A DNA stretch of 62,712 nt, the filler included, from Choristocarpus tenellus KU-1152 (taxonomy: Eukaryota; Protista; Phaeophyceae), in assembly GCA_964200185.2 (NCBI GenBank). It is 7 parts of 7 records of this genome, joined end to end, with 100 filler letters (N's around TTAATTAATTAA, not from the genome) between each part and the next. Parts side by side here need not be neighbours in the genome. Positions count along the whole stretch, not along the records: positions 32,931 to 49,706 come from CAXNAD020000775.1; positions 49,807 to 58,507 come from CAXNAD020004431.1; 5 more parts are not named here. One strand, 5' to 3'. The translations under genes were made by a program, and so were the position numbers. Shown here one piece after another: positions 42,794-55,900 of this stretch (positions are counted from its first letter, which is position 1; every line of letters begins with the position of its first letter). The notes beneath the pieces are model-generated. The model had not been told where the DNA came from. It made no database searches and saw only the letters and a list, made by a program, of their open reading frames with translations.

Positions 42794-45700
42794 TCAGTAG
42801 TCCTGGCTGCCAGAGGGAGTGGCCTTCTTGTCATCCTCACCACTCTTGTGCCTGTGCTTGGGCAGTAGAATAGCATGGATATTGGGCAGAACCCCTCCTT
42901 GAGCGATAGTCACCCTACCCAGCAACTTGTTGAGTTCTTCGTCATTACGTACAGCTAGCTGTATGAGTTTTGACAGCAAGTACAAATGGAGAGGCGACAG
43001 GTCAGATGCGGCATGTGTACGTGTATGCAATACCACCATTTCCTTTGAGGAATTAAGTATAGCTTGTGAGAATATATGTATGCAAAAGGCAAAGCAATCA
43101 GCAGACACGTTTACTCTGTTTTTCCAGTACTCAAGGGCGAATGCTGTAGATTGACCATCTCAAGATGGGCAGAGGGGTAGCAGGAATGGTCCGCGAAAAA
43201 AATAATACACCATCAATAGGAATAGAGCATGTGCCATATTCAGCAAACAGGATGCAATTGCCGTCTAGCCTGACTTTCGTTGTGATTGACCTTGGTATTC
43301 TACTCAACATCATGCCCAGGCTACCTGAAGTCCACAAAAAAAGAGTCTTTGACTTTGATGCTGAGCTTGGGGCATTAAAGTACAACCCCTCGAGGAAAAA
43401 CAGTATTTTTATCAAACGACATGAGCCACACTAAGCAGACTTGAAAGAAAATTAAACTAGAAAATTGATTGACCATAAAGATGTTGGGACCATAATTCTA
43501 TGGTACTGCAAAGAGCAGATTCTAACACAAAGCTCCTCTAACCCCAAGTTTCTGTTTTAATCCTTGGGAGGTATACCTGAGTCAGAATATGAAAAAATGG
43601 TTAACTCTCCACTGCTATCGAAACAACATACACAGATTGAGGGGGGTGAGGTAGATAAAAGCTCAAAGGTCAGTACTTGTCATAGCACGAGATCTCTTGT
43701 CCTAGCCGAAAAATAATGTGGTGAGGTTCTACACACACAGAGGTTGGTTGTACTCTACTTTTTCAACTAGTACCAAAGGGAAACTATGCTCCTTCCAATG
43801 GTCCATGATGCCACTTGAATTTCATGCCGTCATCTGAAAAGGCCGTCTCCAAAATAATTGATTAACAAGCGTAACATACACAGAAAACACTAGGAAGGAA
43901 CACCAGAAAGGTCTGGTAAGGTCAAAAGAGGTAGTTACTATTCATTAAGATACTCGCTACTGCTCCTACAAAATGCAGCCTCAAGCCAAAATAGACAAGA
44001 AGTATACAGGTTTTGGCTGTTTCGAATTTCAAGTATATTTTTCAATCTTTTGCAATTCACCTATAATTTTATGTATGAAGTGCTAAGTTTGACTTGAGAG
44101 CATCGATTCTCATTATTGTTTGAAATATTTAGATAAGAGTTTAGAAGAGATCCCATACGCATGTGTAAAAAGTCGAATTTTGCACACATTTTGCAGCATC
44201 CTCAAAATACACAACACTATGTACCTCTCCATTACTCCCTTCCCTTCTCCATTCACCAAAGGGATGGTGTGTAGTAATCACAGCATATCATTTGTTTCTT
44301 TGTTCAGGAGTTGCTTTGCCAATCCATGCCACAATCCATGATGAGAGGATTTGACCAAGACATTAATTCTATAACAATTACAACAACAAACATCCTACAA
44401 CAGGAATGGTAAAAGAAAGACACCAACCTGGCATTGAAGACATTTACAACATTTCATACCACCTGAAGGATAGGCTAACAACAATTATTGCATATGCAAT
44501 ATACAAAACATGTAGAACTGTAGTGCATGACACGAACTAGAAAACCCCATAATAGTACTTGTGAAATTAGATCAACATTGGTTACTGCCTAAGCAAAAGT
44601 GGAACCAGCGCCAAAAGGGGATACTTCTCCCCTATTAAGAGAGCCTTCTTACAAGTGCAAGACGCCATTCTTTCATCAACCACCCTGTACTTCCCACATG
44701 GGAGGTGCCCATGCTCTGAGCCTGAAATAGTGTTGGGCTTCTTCATCCTACAAATCTCTGTGCAAGGTTTCTGCATCCCCAAGCAAATAAACTATGATCA
44801 TATAGGTTATGCTCAGTTTCGTGTACCACCACTCCTGAGTCAGGTTGCTGCTCTCCCTCAACTCATGTAGGGCATTATTTGCAGATTGATCTAATACTTC
44901 GGATTACTATTATCTCGCATTATAGACTCTTCTTAATATTCAACCTTTGCAAAATTTGATTCAATCGGCCATCTGAAATTACAAATAACTCATTTTGAAT
45001 ATGGCGTTGACTTCTGATGAAGTATCAGTTGAAAGCTTACAACTCCACCTAAGGTTGGAGAACTACTTGACTCCCATCCCTAAATACTCAGCTCTTGGCC
45101 TTCACATGATAATTTGGGGGCCCTTTTGCTAGTACTGATAGTTGTCTGGTTTTTAGAGGCCGTGGAAGGGCACTAGGGAGTACATACTTGGTTGTCAGAG
45201 AGAAGGGGAGTAGCCGCACACATCTGACAGACTTGTTTCTTGCTACTCAAAGCCAACCTCGAGATATCAACGCCCCAAGCAAGAAATTCCAGGCGGGTGA
45301 ATAAGAGAAACAAGAGGTTGAGAGGGCTGACCACAGAGGCGCCTGCAGACTAGGGGGTGCCACATACAGGTGGGAGAGGTCGACCAAAGATGAGGCAAGA
45401 CTGCAGTGATATAGGGTTAGGGTTAGTAGAGCGTTCAAGAGAAAGGGATGGGATACGATTTGGACATTGCCTTATATACCCAAGCTTGAGCCCTTCAAGT
45501 TGTAGCATAGGAAGCAATACATCAGCTTTTGGGATGCAAAGGGAAGAGTGATTACTCAAGTGAGAGATCAGATCAGGCTGGGGTAGTGTTGGGACAAGAG
45601 CTGGGACCGCACTGAGAGTGCATGGAAAGCAGCAGACAGTAGCAAGCTGGTTGCCCATGCCCAGACGAACATAATAGAGTACAATAAGAAAGAGAAAATA

Positions 45701-47781
45701 TATTTGGGGGAAGAAAATGAATTTCACAAAAAGAGGTGTAAGATAGGTAAGACTTAGTGAGATCAATGTATGCCATGAAGGAGGGGGGTAGAAGATGAGA
45801 TTTGCAGGAGGATTAAGAGGTGGAAGTAACGGTGGAACATGGCAACAAAGACAGCATCAAAGCTGACAAGTAACCCTAACCCTAACCCTTACCCTGAGAG
45901 CCTGTAATTTAGTAACGAACATCAAAGATGACCCAGCAACACTCAAAGTACCAAGTACCACAAGCAAAAAAGTTCTTGAATTGCCAACCAATACAATTTG
46001 AGCCAAAAAAGGCCATATCCTATGAGTCCTGTGTATATCAGCATTCCAATTACATAGGTTTCACATCATGAACAGGTGAAACAATCGGGTAAATATAAAA
46101 CAAAAACAACTCCCAAAAACACTCCATTCAGATAATATCCCACATTTTGGGTTGCAAACTATATTGCAGTTCTGAGGTGCTACCATACCTAAATTGACAC
46201 ACTAGACGTCAGCTTTTATTCCATACATATTTCATGGGATGAATCCACCTGTATCAGATTATAGAACGCTTTAAATGCCTCCAGCCTACTTCCGGGAGTT
46301 GAAGAATTTTCCCCAAACTAGGCCTAGAATGGCCCATGTCTTGGGGTTCACGAGGAGTTGGGACCTCAAACAGACTCCAATCATAGTATTCTTGATATCT
46401 CAAAACTTATCAGAGCATGCAGCTCAGGACTGCTGGATAGCATGAATCTCTATTGCAGAGGGTCCATGGTGACTGACCTGAATGTGGCGGGGTGTAATAC
46501 GCCTCTTCTTATTGTCTCGTGCTGCATTACCAGAAAGCTCCAGGACTTCAGCACACAGGTACTGATTGACATGTATATATCATTATTCAAGTCCGCACCC
46601 AATTAGAAAAGCCAAGAGGTGGGGAAGAGTGGAATAGTGATTATGAGCATGTTGCCGACTGGCACATGGGATGTAGCAAATGTAGCATGATATTTAACAA
46701 CTTTGGGAAAATTGCTTATTTCTTGTTCTGGTGGCTATAAACATTTTCTTTAAAGAGTCCATGGCATCTCTTTGAGAAATTCATGCTTTGAGCATACAAC
46801 ACTCCCATTGGTGGAAAGACCACAAGTGCTGTTTCCAACTATCTCTTGAAAAATCTAGTAATCTTGACAAATCTTGTAACCCTAACCCTAACCCTAATCC
46901 ACGCAATTACAAAGAAAAGGGAGAGACAGGCGCTACCACTGAAGCAGAACTACAGCTGCAGGAAGTTTCTTCCACCTAGTAACCTAGTAACCTACATTTA
47001 GGACTGGAACGTTCACATTCTGTGACCCTAAAAAAGATAAAAAAAGATTTCATAACAAGTCGATATATTCCAGTTAGCTGATACTCTCATTCAAATCATG
47101 CAAGCAAATAATCTGTGACATATTGTACCCCCCTTCCAATATATTGGAAACATAGCATGGACATCCATTGATCAACAACAAGCAAATCATGTGATTTCAG
47201 TAATTGCTAATCAATTGCCTCTCTTTGCCACAGTACAAGACACAGTGGCAATAATGTGAAACATATGCTTGAAACAACTCTACCTTCCAATCTCTACTAC
47301 TTCAGGCATCATTTTTTTCATGTACTGAGAGTCTCTAGTCACTTCTTGTCAACAGTTGGGAATACTGACCAAGTGAATAGCAGCTATGGTGTGAAGCAAG
47401 TACCACAGGAAGGAATCAAACAACATTCACTGGGGACCACATCGGGAAAACACCCCATCTGATTGGTGCACATGTGTGCTTTGCCATGCCAACAACCTAC
47501 TCAACCCCTGCAATGGAAGGCTCTAACCCTAACCCTAACCCTCTTTACTTGGGATAATCGTAGTAATCACTACTATAAAAATGGAATGTAGCAGCCTTCA
47601 GATCAATCTCAGCAAGCACTGAATTGCTAGCATAGACCGAGATGGATATATAGATATAGATATATAGATATATCTCAATAAAAATATACGTGTCAAAGTA
47701 GAGAGTACAGTAGGGTATCACCTCTAGGATTGCAGCCATGTACACAGCAGATCCAGCTCCAATGCGGGTGCTGTATTTGCC
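42794..47781 (-). CDS. H2AX: Histone H2A.X, 5' exon(s) missing. Exons: 47722-47781, 46478-46561, 42794-42958
   Basis: Spliced: [20 protein letters not shown]|[28 protein letters not shown]|[34 protein letters not shown]...SGSQDY*; terminal SQ(D/E)-hydrophobic motif defines H2A.X; GT-AG phase-0 introns. Confidence 0.93.
43984..44235. mobile_element. MITE family B, in H2A.X intron
   Basis: caggttttgg...tgcaattcacc...tatgaagtgctaagtttgacttga aligns to 21783-22034. Confidence 0.7.
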
Positions 47782-49808
47782 CTGCAAGGGGTAGGAGTGG
47801 AGGTATGTTTGGTTGTGATGGGTGGGGGGAATTGGGTTGCTTGCAAATTCCTATCACGAAAACACAAAAGCTGTATATATTTGTGTGCAGCTCTTAGGTA
47901 GTATCAACTTCTCACGAGTGACAATAATACAAGAGATTGCGATTGGTGGATGTACAAAAAAAGTAATGCGTGGGTCATGGAGGCCTCAAGTCTGAGATGA
48001 AAAAAACAACTTCAAAAATACAAACGGAGGTGTTGTCAACAAAAATACATTTATCAAAAAATACAAAAGTTAACTCAAGCAGTTCAACAAATTTAACATG
48101 TACATCTTGAAGTAGGATATAGTATCATAGAAGATTGTCACTAGAACCTGTCTGCAATCAGTAGGGTTTCTTAACACCTGGGAGACAAAAAATTGAAACC
48201 TCCACATATAGGAGAAACAACATAGAGAAGTACATGCATAAATAAAATAGTGACAGCCACAGCAAACTGTTCAATTCATCACTACAAAAAAAGTTAAGCC
48301 AGGGGAACAGAACTTGACCATATAAACATGTTAGAAAAAGTAAAATTCCCGGGTGGGGGGAATGAGATATTATCTAGTCAACAGAGATGTGCCTCATAAA
48401 GTAGGGTAGACACTTGTCAAGATTAAAAAAAAATAATCATGGTTCAATAATGCTGTAATAAAGCTTGTTTGGTGAGGGCTATGTACAATAATAACCAAAC
48501 ACCATGGATTGCAATCAATTGCAATCAATGTTAGGAGAGCTCACCTCCTTGTGCTCAACAATGGATCAACCATGTAATTACGAGAAGTAACAAAAGCCAA
48601 TGAGATGAGCACCCTAAGACTGCTCAAACCTATAGAACATGTGAGACCTGACTTGATAACTCCTCTCGCCAACATGCACTCTATTTTTGAAATATACACT
48701 CTATTCTTGAAATATACACCTAGCAACATCACACTGCAAAATCAAAAGTCCCAACACTCATGGTTCCTAGGTCAATTTTGACAGAGGTAAACAAGTGAAG
48801 GGTGCACGTAGCGCAGAGAGCAACCCCCAGACACAAAAGGACAGAAAACGTTGTATGTTCAGATGCAAAGAATACTCTTTAGGCACCTAACATGCTGCAC
48901 ACATTTGACACTCCAAAACCCAATGTCATGGTAGTGATGCCCTGCATCCTGTTCACAAGCACACCCTCAACTCATCTCTGCATGGGTATGGTGGCGTAAT
49001 TTAGGGACAAGTAGAGCAAACAAAAAATACAAATTTACAGATAGTATAAAACATCATGGTGTTTTGTTCACAAAACAGGCAAAGTGAAGCCTTCAACTGG
49101 TCAAACAAGAGCACAGGCTCATCAAGATACCATCACCAAGTCTCAACCTTCTGATCGAGCACAAATCGCTTTGGAAATGCCGTAATACCTTGCTTTGGGT
49201 GTCAAAGGACACTAGTGTTTTTATGTTACTGAGCAAAACAGAGAGAATCAAGTCAACAAAATTAGAGGTGGGGCAAGAACAAAAACTAGTTACATTTAAA
49301 ATTGACACAAGCAGGTGCTGAACAGTATTGGGTGGCACTTATGCATGCCACGGCCTAGAGGATTTTTTCTAAATGCATAAGCATAGGGTGTTGCTATTAA
49401 GAGTTTGCTATTAATACCTCAAATTTGATCAAGAGTTCGGTGAGGGGAATTTGGTGGGGAATCAGGAGTTGGAACAGTGTGCAAGGAACAACACCCCAAG
49501 CACGTAAAGATATCAAATCTAACGCTCAAACGGAGAGAGTGAGGAAGGAAGGGTAGGAGAGATAAAGCGGCCTACACCCTCAACATATTGCTGAGTATCG
49601 GATTCTTCAGCACCTCAGATATGATATCTTCTTATTTGATGTTATTTCAAGGACACATGTTTCTTGCTATACTAAGCCCAGGGATCAAAGTATCTGGGGG
49701 GGGGGGNNNNNNNNNNNNNNNNNNNNNNNNNNNNNNNNNNNNNNNNNNNNTTAATTAATTAANNNNNNNNNNNNNNNNNNNNNNNNNNNNNNNNNNNNNN
49801 NNNNNNAT

Positions 49809-51233
49809 GTTGGTGTAGGAGGCCCTATGTCGTGGCTGTGGCCCCTGGATGCCCTTGCGGATGCCTGCTCAGTGAAGGAAACCCCTGGGTCAGCCCTTGC
49901 CCGTGCCCTTCGAGCTGTTCCAAATGACCTTGTGTGTGGGGCAAGGCGCTTCAGAGGAGGTGCAGGGCCCTGGCCCCCACCCTCTGTCATAGGTGCCTTT
50001 GTTGATCGGGTGGTTGATCTCTCTAAGGTAGTGTTGACACAGAGACCTCCCCATCATCACCCAATGTTGGGGAGACATCTGCTCATTGGGTTAGGGCTTC
50101 TGTACCACACCCTTGCTGAGTCAGCAATAGACATGCCCAGAGCAATTCCAAAGACTGGGGTTGTGCATGACACTGAGCTGGGGTCCAAGTACATAACACG
50201 CCAGGACAATCAGGAGGATAAATCAAACTTCACTTGGAAAGACAGGGTTGTGATTCAGGACGTGCTAGCCTCCATCAAGGCTCTAGTTTGTGAGGTTTTC
50301 TTCAGTGAAGGTGCAGAGGAGGAAACTAGGGCAAATAAACGAGCACAAGGAATACAAACAGACATTGCTACCCCTGCCCCTACCCCTGCTGGAGCTGAGG
50401 CTGAGTCTTCCTCCTCAAACTGGACAGAGATCGGCAATGCTCTTCGTGATTGCGGGGCATGGCGAGCAGCTTCCGTCTTCACCCCCCTAGCTCCAAGCTC
50501 GTTCTGGGTGGGTACCGATGACTCTGGTGGAGAGGAAAGAGTGGACCAAGATGATCTGTTTCAGTTACCACCCCTGCCTCAGGCCCTGCTACAGGAGAGG
50601 GGAAAGGTTCAACATGTGTGTGGGCGGAGACAAGTCAATGGTGTAAGGGGCCGGGGTGGAGACAAGCCTTACAGCGATGCAGCCCTTGCTCTCTCGTCAT
50701 CTTTCTCACATGAGGCGCATGATATCAGTGCCATTGTCGATGCAATCAGCACAGCCACTGTCGGACCAACTGCAGCTTCAACAACAGGCCAGTGGACGGA
50801 GGTAACAAGAGATGTTGCCTCCGAAGCTGCTACCCCTTCACAGGATGCTGGGGCTATTCAAATGTCTGGGGAGAGACCTGATGGAATAGATTGTCGAAGC
50901 AATCGCCAAGAGAGTGGTAGAGAGTTTGTATGGTGGTCAATGTCACCAGCGGAAAAGGAAAGGAAACAGGCACGGGTGGCCTCAGCGCGTCAAGCATCCA
51001 TGACAAGGAGGCGAAGGGGTAATATAATGCCCACAGGACTGCAGGGAGAGACAAGTGGGTCCTCCTCTGCACATGGCCCTCTTACACGGGGGAAGCGTCG
51101 GGCAGCCAGTAGTGCATATGTGCAGGACAAGCAGCAAAGTTACGCTTTTGAAAGCAATAGCTGTGATGAGCATGATGACACCCCCCTGTCTTCAGCTGTG
51201 AGGTGCCTAGATAAGGATACCCTTGGTGCCTAG
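49809..51233 (+). CDS. Large terminal exon of an unidentified gene (open from the contig start)
   Basis: Stop-free frame of about 474 codons, the longest in the window; helical N-terminal part, low-complexity Ser/Ala/Gly-rich tail with basic clusters (TRRRRG, TRGKRR); no family recognised. Confidence 0.6.
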   Translation, partial: VGVGGPMSWLWPLDALADACSVKETPGSALARALRAVPNDLVCGARRFRGGAGPWPPPSVIGAFVDRVVDLSKVVLTQRPPHHHPMLGRHLLIGLGLLYHTLAESAIDMPRAIPKTGVVHDTELGSKYITRQDNQEDKSNFTWKDRVVIQDVLASIKALVCEVFFSEGAEEETRANKRAQGIQTDIATPAPTPAGAEAESSSSNWTEIGNALRDCGAWRAASVFTPLAPSSFWVGTDDSGGEERVDQDDLFQLPPLPQALLQERGKVQHVCGRRQVNGVRGRGGDKPYSDAALALSSSFSHEAHDISAIVDAISTATVGPTAASTTGQWTEVTRDVASEAATPSQDAGAIQMSGERPDGIDCRSNRQESGREFVWWSMSPAEKERKQARVASARQASMTRRRRGNIMPTGLQGETSGSSSAHGPLTRGKRRAASSAYVQDKQQSYAFESNSCDEHDDTPLSSAVRCLDKDTLGA

Positions 51234-52729
51234 GGCATTGCATATGCATTTGCCAGAGATTATCATTTTTTCGCATAGAAATGAGATTTAAAGGGAAATA
51301 GAGGTGATTTGAGATGAGGGGCGTGAGATATCTGCCGTGGCTTTGATGTACGACTCTTGGCGGTGTTCTGTACACAAAGTATTTTATATGGTTCCTGTAA
51401 AATGTAGGAATGTGTAGCAGAAGAATTTTTTGAAGGCATATTTTGTGCGGTGGACTCTCTAGTGGCCAAGGTGTTTCTCTGTGCGTGTTGAGGTCACGCT
51501 GGTTGATGTTGTGTAGAGATTTTTATATTGTTTTGTTCAAAGCCAGGTTCAGGCTATCAGACTTGGAGCTTCCGAGGGTCTAGTACTCTGTTTCGCTTCT
51601 CTCTATAGAGAGGAGAGTCGAATGTTTAGTTCAAATCCGTTTGTAGAGTGGAAGGCGAACTGGGCAGGACATCTGGAAGTACTCCTACGATATTGTATTA
51701 TATGTGTGCTATGCTTTCCATTATACAGCAGCAGTACTTATTGTGGTTATGAAATGCCTTTCCTGTAGTATTGACCCCCAGTCATACGAGGAAGAGGCAG
51801 TAACTGTAACAAAGATTCGATTGGTTAAATGCTCAACAAATATTTAGACTTACCTTTGCCCTTGTTACAGAGCAAGACTTGTGTTGACATGCTTGAGCAT
51901 CACCCTTCTTGTGTTCCCTAACCCATTCCAGCACTCTGTGAACTCAGGATGTAGCCAAGTCCCTGGTCAGTTCATGGGTGTGTCAGTGGCTGGTATGCTG
52001 CTTACCTATCTATCGCTTGTGGTGTAATGTCGAGGACTCAAGCCCCTGCAACTATTCATCCTTCCTGGAAGATCACAACAGTGTGCAAACACGAACATGA
52101 TAAATGATAACAAACACCATGCAAGATTGTTCTTACTGCCCATGGTTTAGTCACTCGCAACTCACACATCTCAAGAATGGCAACACTTATTGTGGAGGTA
52201 GTAGTATATGTATGTCAGCATGCCAGCAGTATTGCAGTGGTTTAGTGCAAGCATCCTCCTCGTTTGGCAAGACCACCAGCTACGTACTTGTATATCGTGC
52301 TGGTGCTAACATCTTGCTATTATTGCTTTTTGATGAGTTATGCGAAGAAGGTTGAACGTGTGGCAGGAGAGATGTAGCACGCAAAACAAGAATTTACGCA
52401 CACCCCAAAAATAGCTTGCGTATCATATGGGAGTCCGAGGATAAACATACTTCGAATCTTCCCTATTTCTTAGTGTAACTATAAATAGTGCATGGGCTTT
52501 CCGTTTCTGAACGTAACAAAGTTTGTTTTGATATATCTTCACAAACAATATATTTCAAGAAGAAAAAAGCCACCATGAAACACTTTTGTAATCCTCTACA
52601 AATTGGTCAAAGTATCCTAGAGAGGGGGTTAGGCCCTTGTAACTATAAGGGACTTGAACAAATCTTCTGCTCTTGACACCTCATTGCTATGCCCAAAATG
52701 TAGCTAACTCCACTCAGGAAGTTGTGCCT

Positions 52730-52907
52730 AGCTCAAAGTATCTGGGGAGGGGGTGGCGGCTGTCTATTTGGGGTCAATTTTTTCATTTCGCGATTCTTGG
52801 GTGATTTGGTTGCATACGTCGGATGGATAATGTAAGTGCTTTTTCCTGGTTTTGCCCAAATAGACACCCTGGTGTAGATCCCCCCTCCCCCCCAGATACA
52901 TTGAGTC
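52730..52907. mobile_element. MITE family A, complete, with 4-bp TSD GCCT
   Basis: agctcaaagtatctggg...cccagatacattgagtc; GCCT at 52726-52729 and 52908-52911. Confidence 0.88.
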
Positions 52908-55900
52908 GCCTGGAGAAGATAAGATGAACCACTGTTCATTCACGCAAGCACTAAATCGAGGTCCAAGGTGCTAGAAGCGTATGTACCTGAGCGCAGTCCC
53001 AAAAGCCCCTTATACTCAACGACATCCCCCTCTAGGATACTATCGCTCAATATTTGGACTGTTGCTTCTTAAATCTATAGTGCGGAGCAAATGTTTGTTA
53101 TTTTGTCCTATAATGACAGGAGTGAATGACTACTTAAGGATATTGTAGAATGATTGTATGTATACTGTAACTGCTGATCACCATGGGGTTCCTCGTGATA
53201 GTGGGCCTTGCTGAACATGTCAGTGCCCGCAATCTGTCAACCGCAACACTGCTGACTGTAGTGCGAAGTCTTGAGCTTCGTTGTATAATGTAAGAATGAT
53301 ATTATAGTTGCTGGTTCAATGTTGTTAGGGAGCAAACGTGCAGAACTCCTGCATCTCCACTACTACTAGATTAATTTTAAACGGATTAAGGGGAGGAGAG
53401 CAGTGTAGTTAGATTTAGATTCTTGAAAATGGGTGGGAAAAGGTGAAAAGTGGTTGATCCTTGAGGGGTTGCGGTTCTCCAGGGCACCATATACTCCTCC
53501 ACCACCTGTTTCATAATGTTTTGCTTGGCTGGTTAGGGATGTTTTTCACACACAAGTAAGGGTCAGGCTTATGGTTAGGGTTAGAGACAAGGTTAGGTTA
53601 TCAAAAATGCGTGCCACAAAAAGGGAAAAACTACTACAATGGGGGTTCCCGAGGACAGTAGGGGTTCCCGAAGACAGGGGGTTCCCCTGTGCACTGCAAT
53701 GATCAAGTTCCGCAACTTGATTGAACAGATTAGCCTTACCGTACTACTAATGATAACGAACTTGAAGAGCAAGTGGCACCAAGTGTTATCCTGGACAACA
53801 GGCATAAAGACAAGAGGAAATGCGTGTTACTTAGCGCTCTCTTGGCAGTGGAGTGTCAACAATGGTTATCCTTGACAGCAGACATTGATACCTCTAGGAA
53901 ATGGCCCTGATAGTTACACGGACATTGGACACTCTAAAGCAGGGGCCCAGAGGAATATCCTGTGCATAGGACTTTCTGTGGTAGAGCAAAAGTGGTCATG
54001 GTCGTTAGCTGTCCTGGACAACGGACATGTAGAATAAAATGTGATGCTAATGGTTTCAAGTATTACCCTAACAACAGCCGCTGCAGGCTAATCAATTTAC
54101 TCAGTATTCTAGGACAGCGATGGTTTGCGTGTTATGTCGTCTATACTTGGAGATCTGGTGTCAGAATTTTGTTGTAGGCGCAAAGGGTGGTCGAAATCAA
54201 TTTATGATGGCAGAGGACTCAATGTTTGATACGAAGTTCGATTCTTATTTTTCTTATCCGAAGCAGCAAATTACTGCTCTCTGACGTAGGTAACCTCGAG
54301 CCTACTACAATAGTATATACCAGTCTGAAACGGCATATGTGGGGGAAATACCCACGGTCAAATATTAGTTCTACTGTATAATAACGATGTTCAGACAACA
54401 AACGTTGCGATGACGAGTAACCCCCCCCTAATATTTTGACTGCATTGTGTGTGTGTGAATCATGTTCATGTTTTCTGAAGATGTAAGACATTTTTTATAC
54501 TAATGAAGTACACAGATGCGACATAGAGCATCATACTTTGAGTAGAGGTTTTCCTCAAAGTTAGAAGTACATCAAAATACTATTCCATTATCTTCTTTGA
54601 ATATTTCCTTCTTGTCCCATCGTGTCTATCTACAAACAAATATGTAAGATGTCCGCTTGACAGGGAAGGAACTTTTTTCATGATGGGCAAACAAAGGGGG
54701 CTTTGCTCGGAAACTAGCAGACAACTATGTATCTGCCATCGTCTCACTTTAGTCTGGGACTTTTTATTACTGTCTAAACCTTACCTTACCACCATATGTG
54801 GTCGGGGCTAGTACACACTCCAAACCTTTCAGTAAGTAAAACAAACCGTTGCACTATGGCCATAATTGTACTGTTCTGTGTGTGCCTTGATTTTTTTCTC
54901 ACCATTATTGGGTCTCAACCATCAACCATTCTCGCTCCGCCTCCTCCCTTAAAACTTGCTCATTATCGGCCTAGCCGAAATGGGGTCTTGCCACCACCAA
55001 GGTTCAAGTTTTCCTTTCTTTATTTTGTTGCTAGTGACAGACAAGAGGGCACCTAAACCGTGTTTGCCACGTGGTCCATCCAGAACCAGATTTCATCTTT
55101 TTTTCAAGCCTTACCTCAACCACGTTCAAACCTGTGCGTACTCTGAGGAAAAACGCGGACTTTACAAAATAAAGACTCAGATGTGAACCAAACACATGGT
55201 GTTGAGAACTTCAGTCGTACACTCCAACCTGCTGAGCTAGCGAGCTTATTTTTTTGGAGTACATGTGCTGCTATTGTATATGAGGTGTATCGACGGTACA
55301 CACATATGATGTCCAGTTCACACAACGACACAAAACGTACACAAGGACAAGATCACGAGCCAACCATAAACCTGTAAGCCTCGAGGCCACGAGATAGTAT
55401 TACATAACTCAGTACCACATATATCATATTATCTATCATAATTGGTGTGATGAGGTGTACATCAACCCAAAGCCAGATTGACTGTGTGAGCAGCTCAACT
55501 CACTTCTTGGACATTGCACATGGACAGGCAGGACCTGCCACTGGGCACGCAGGCAGCTTGTTCTGCAGTCTCTCCATGAAGATGCGTGTGGATTGGGAGC
55601 CTGCGCGTAATACCATCAAAACCAATTGGTATTGTGTTAGAAGTTGCCTTAATTCTCTTGCAGTCGCAATGAATGGAGAAAGTGACGGAGTATTATTGAT
55701 TGGGACAAATATTAATTCAAACATTGCCGCAGCAGCGAAGAATAGAGCTAGAAAAGGTTCGATATTGCAATTGGAATTGCTGGATATGCTAAAGGAAGGG
55801 ATTAAAAAGTTGACGAACCAAACCTATGCGCAATGGGTATATAGCACTACTGTTACAACACGCTCCAGAACTCACCTCCACAGGATGTGCAACTCAAATC

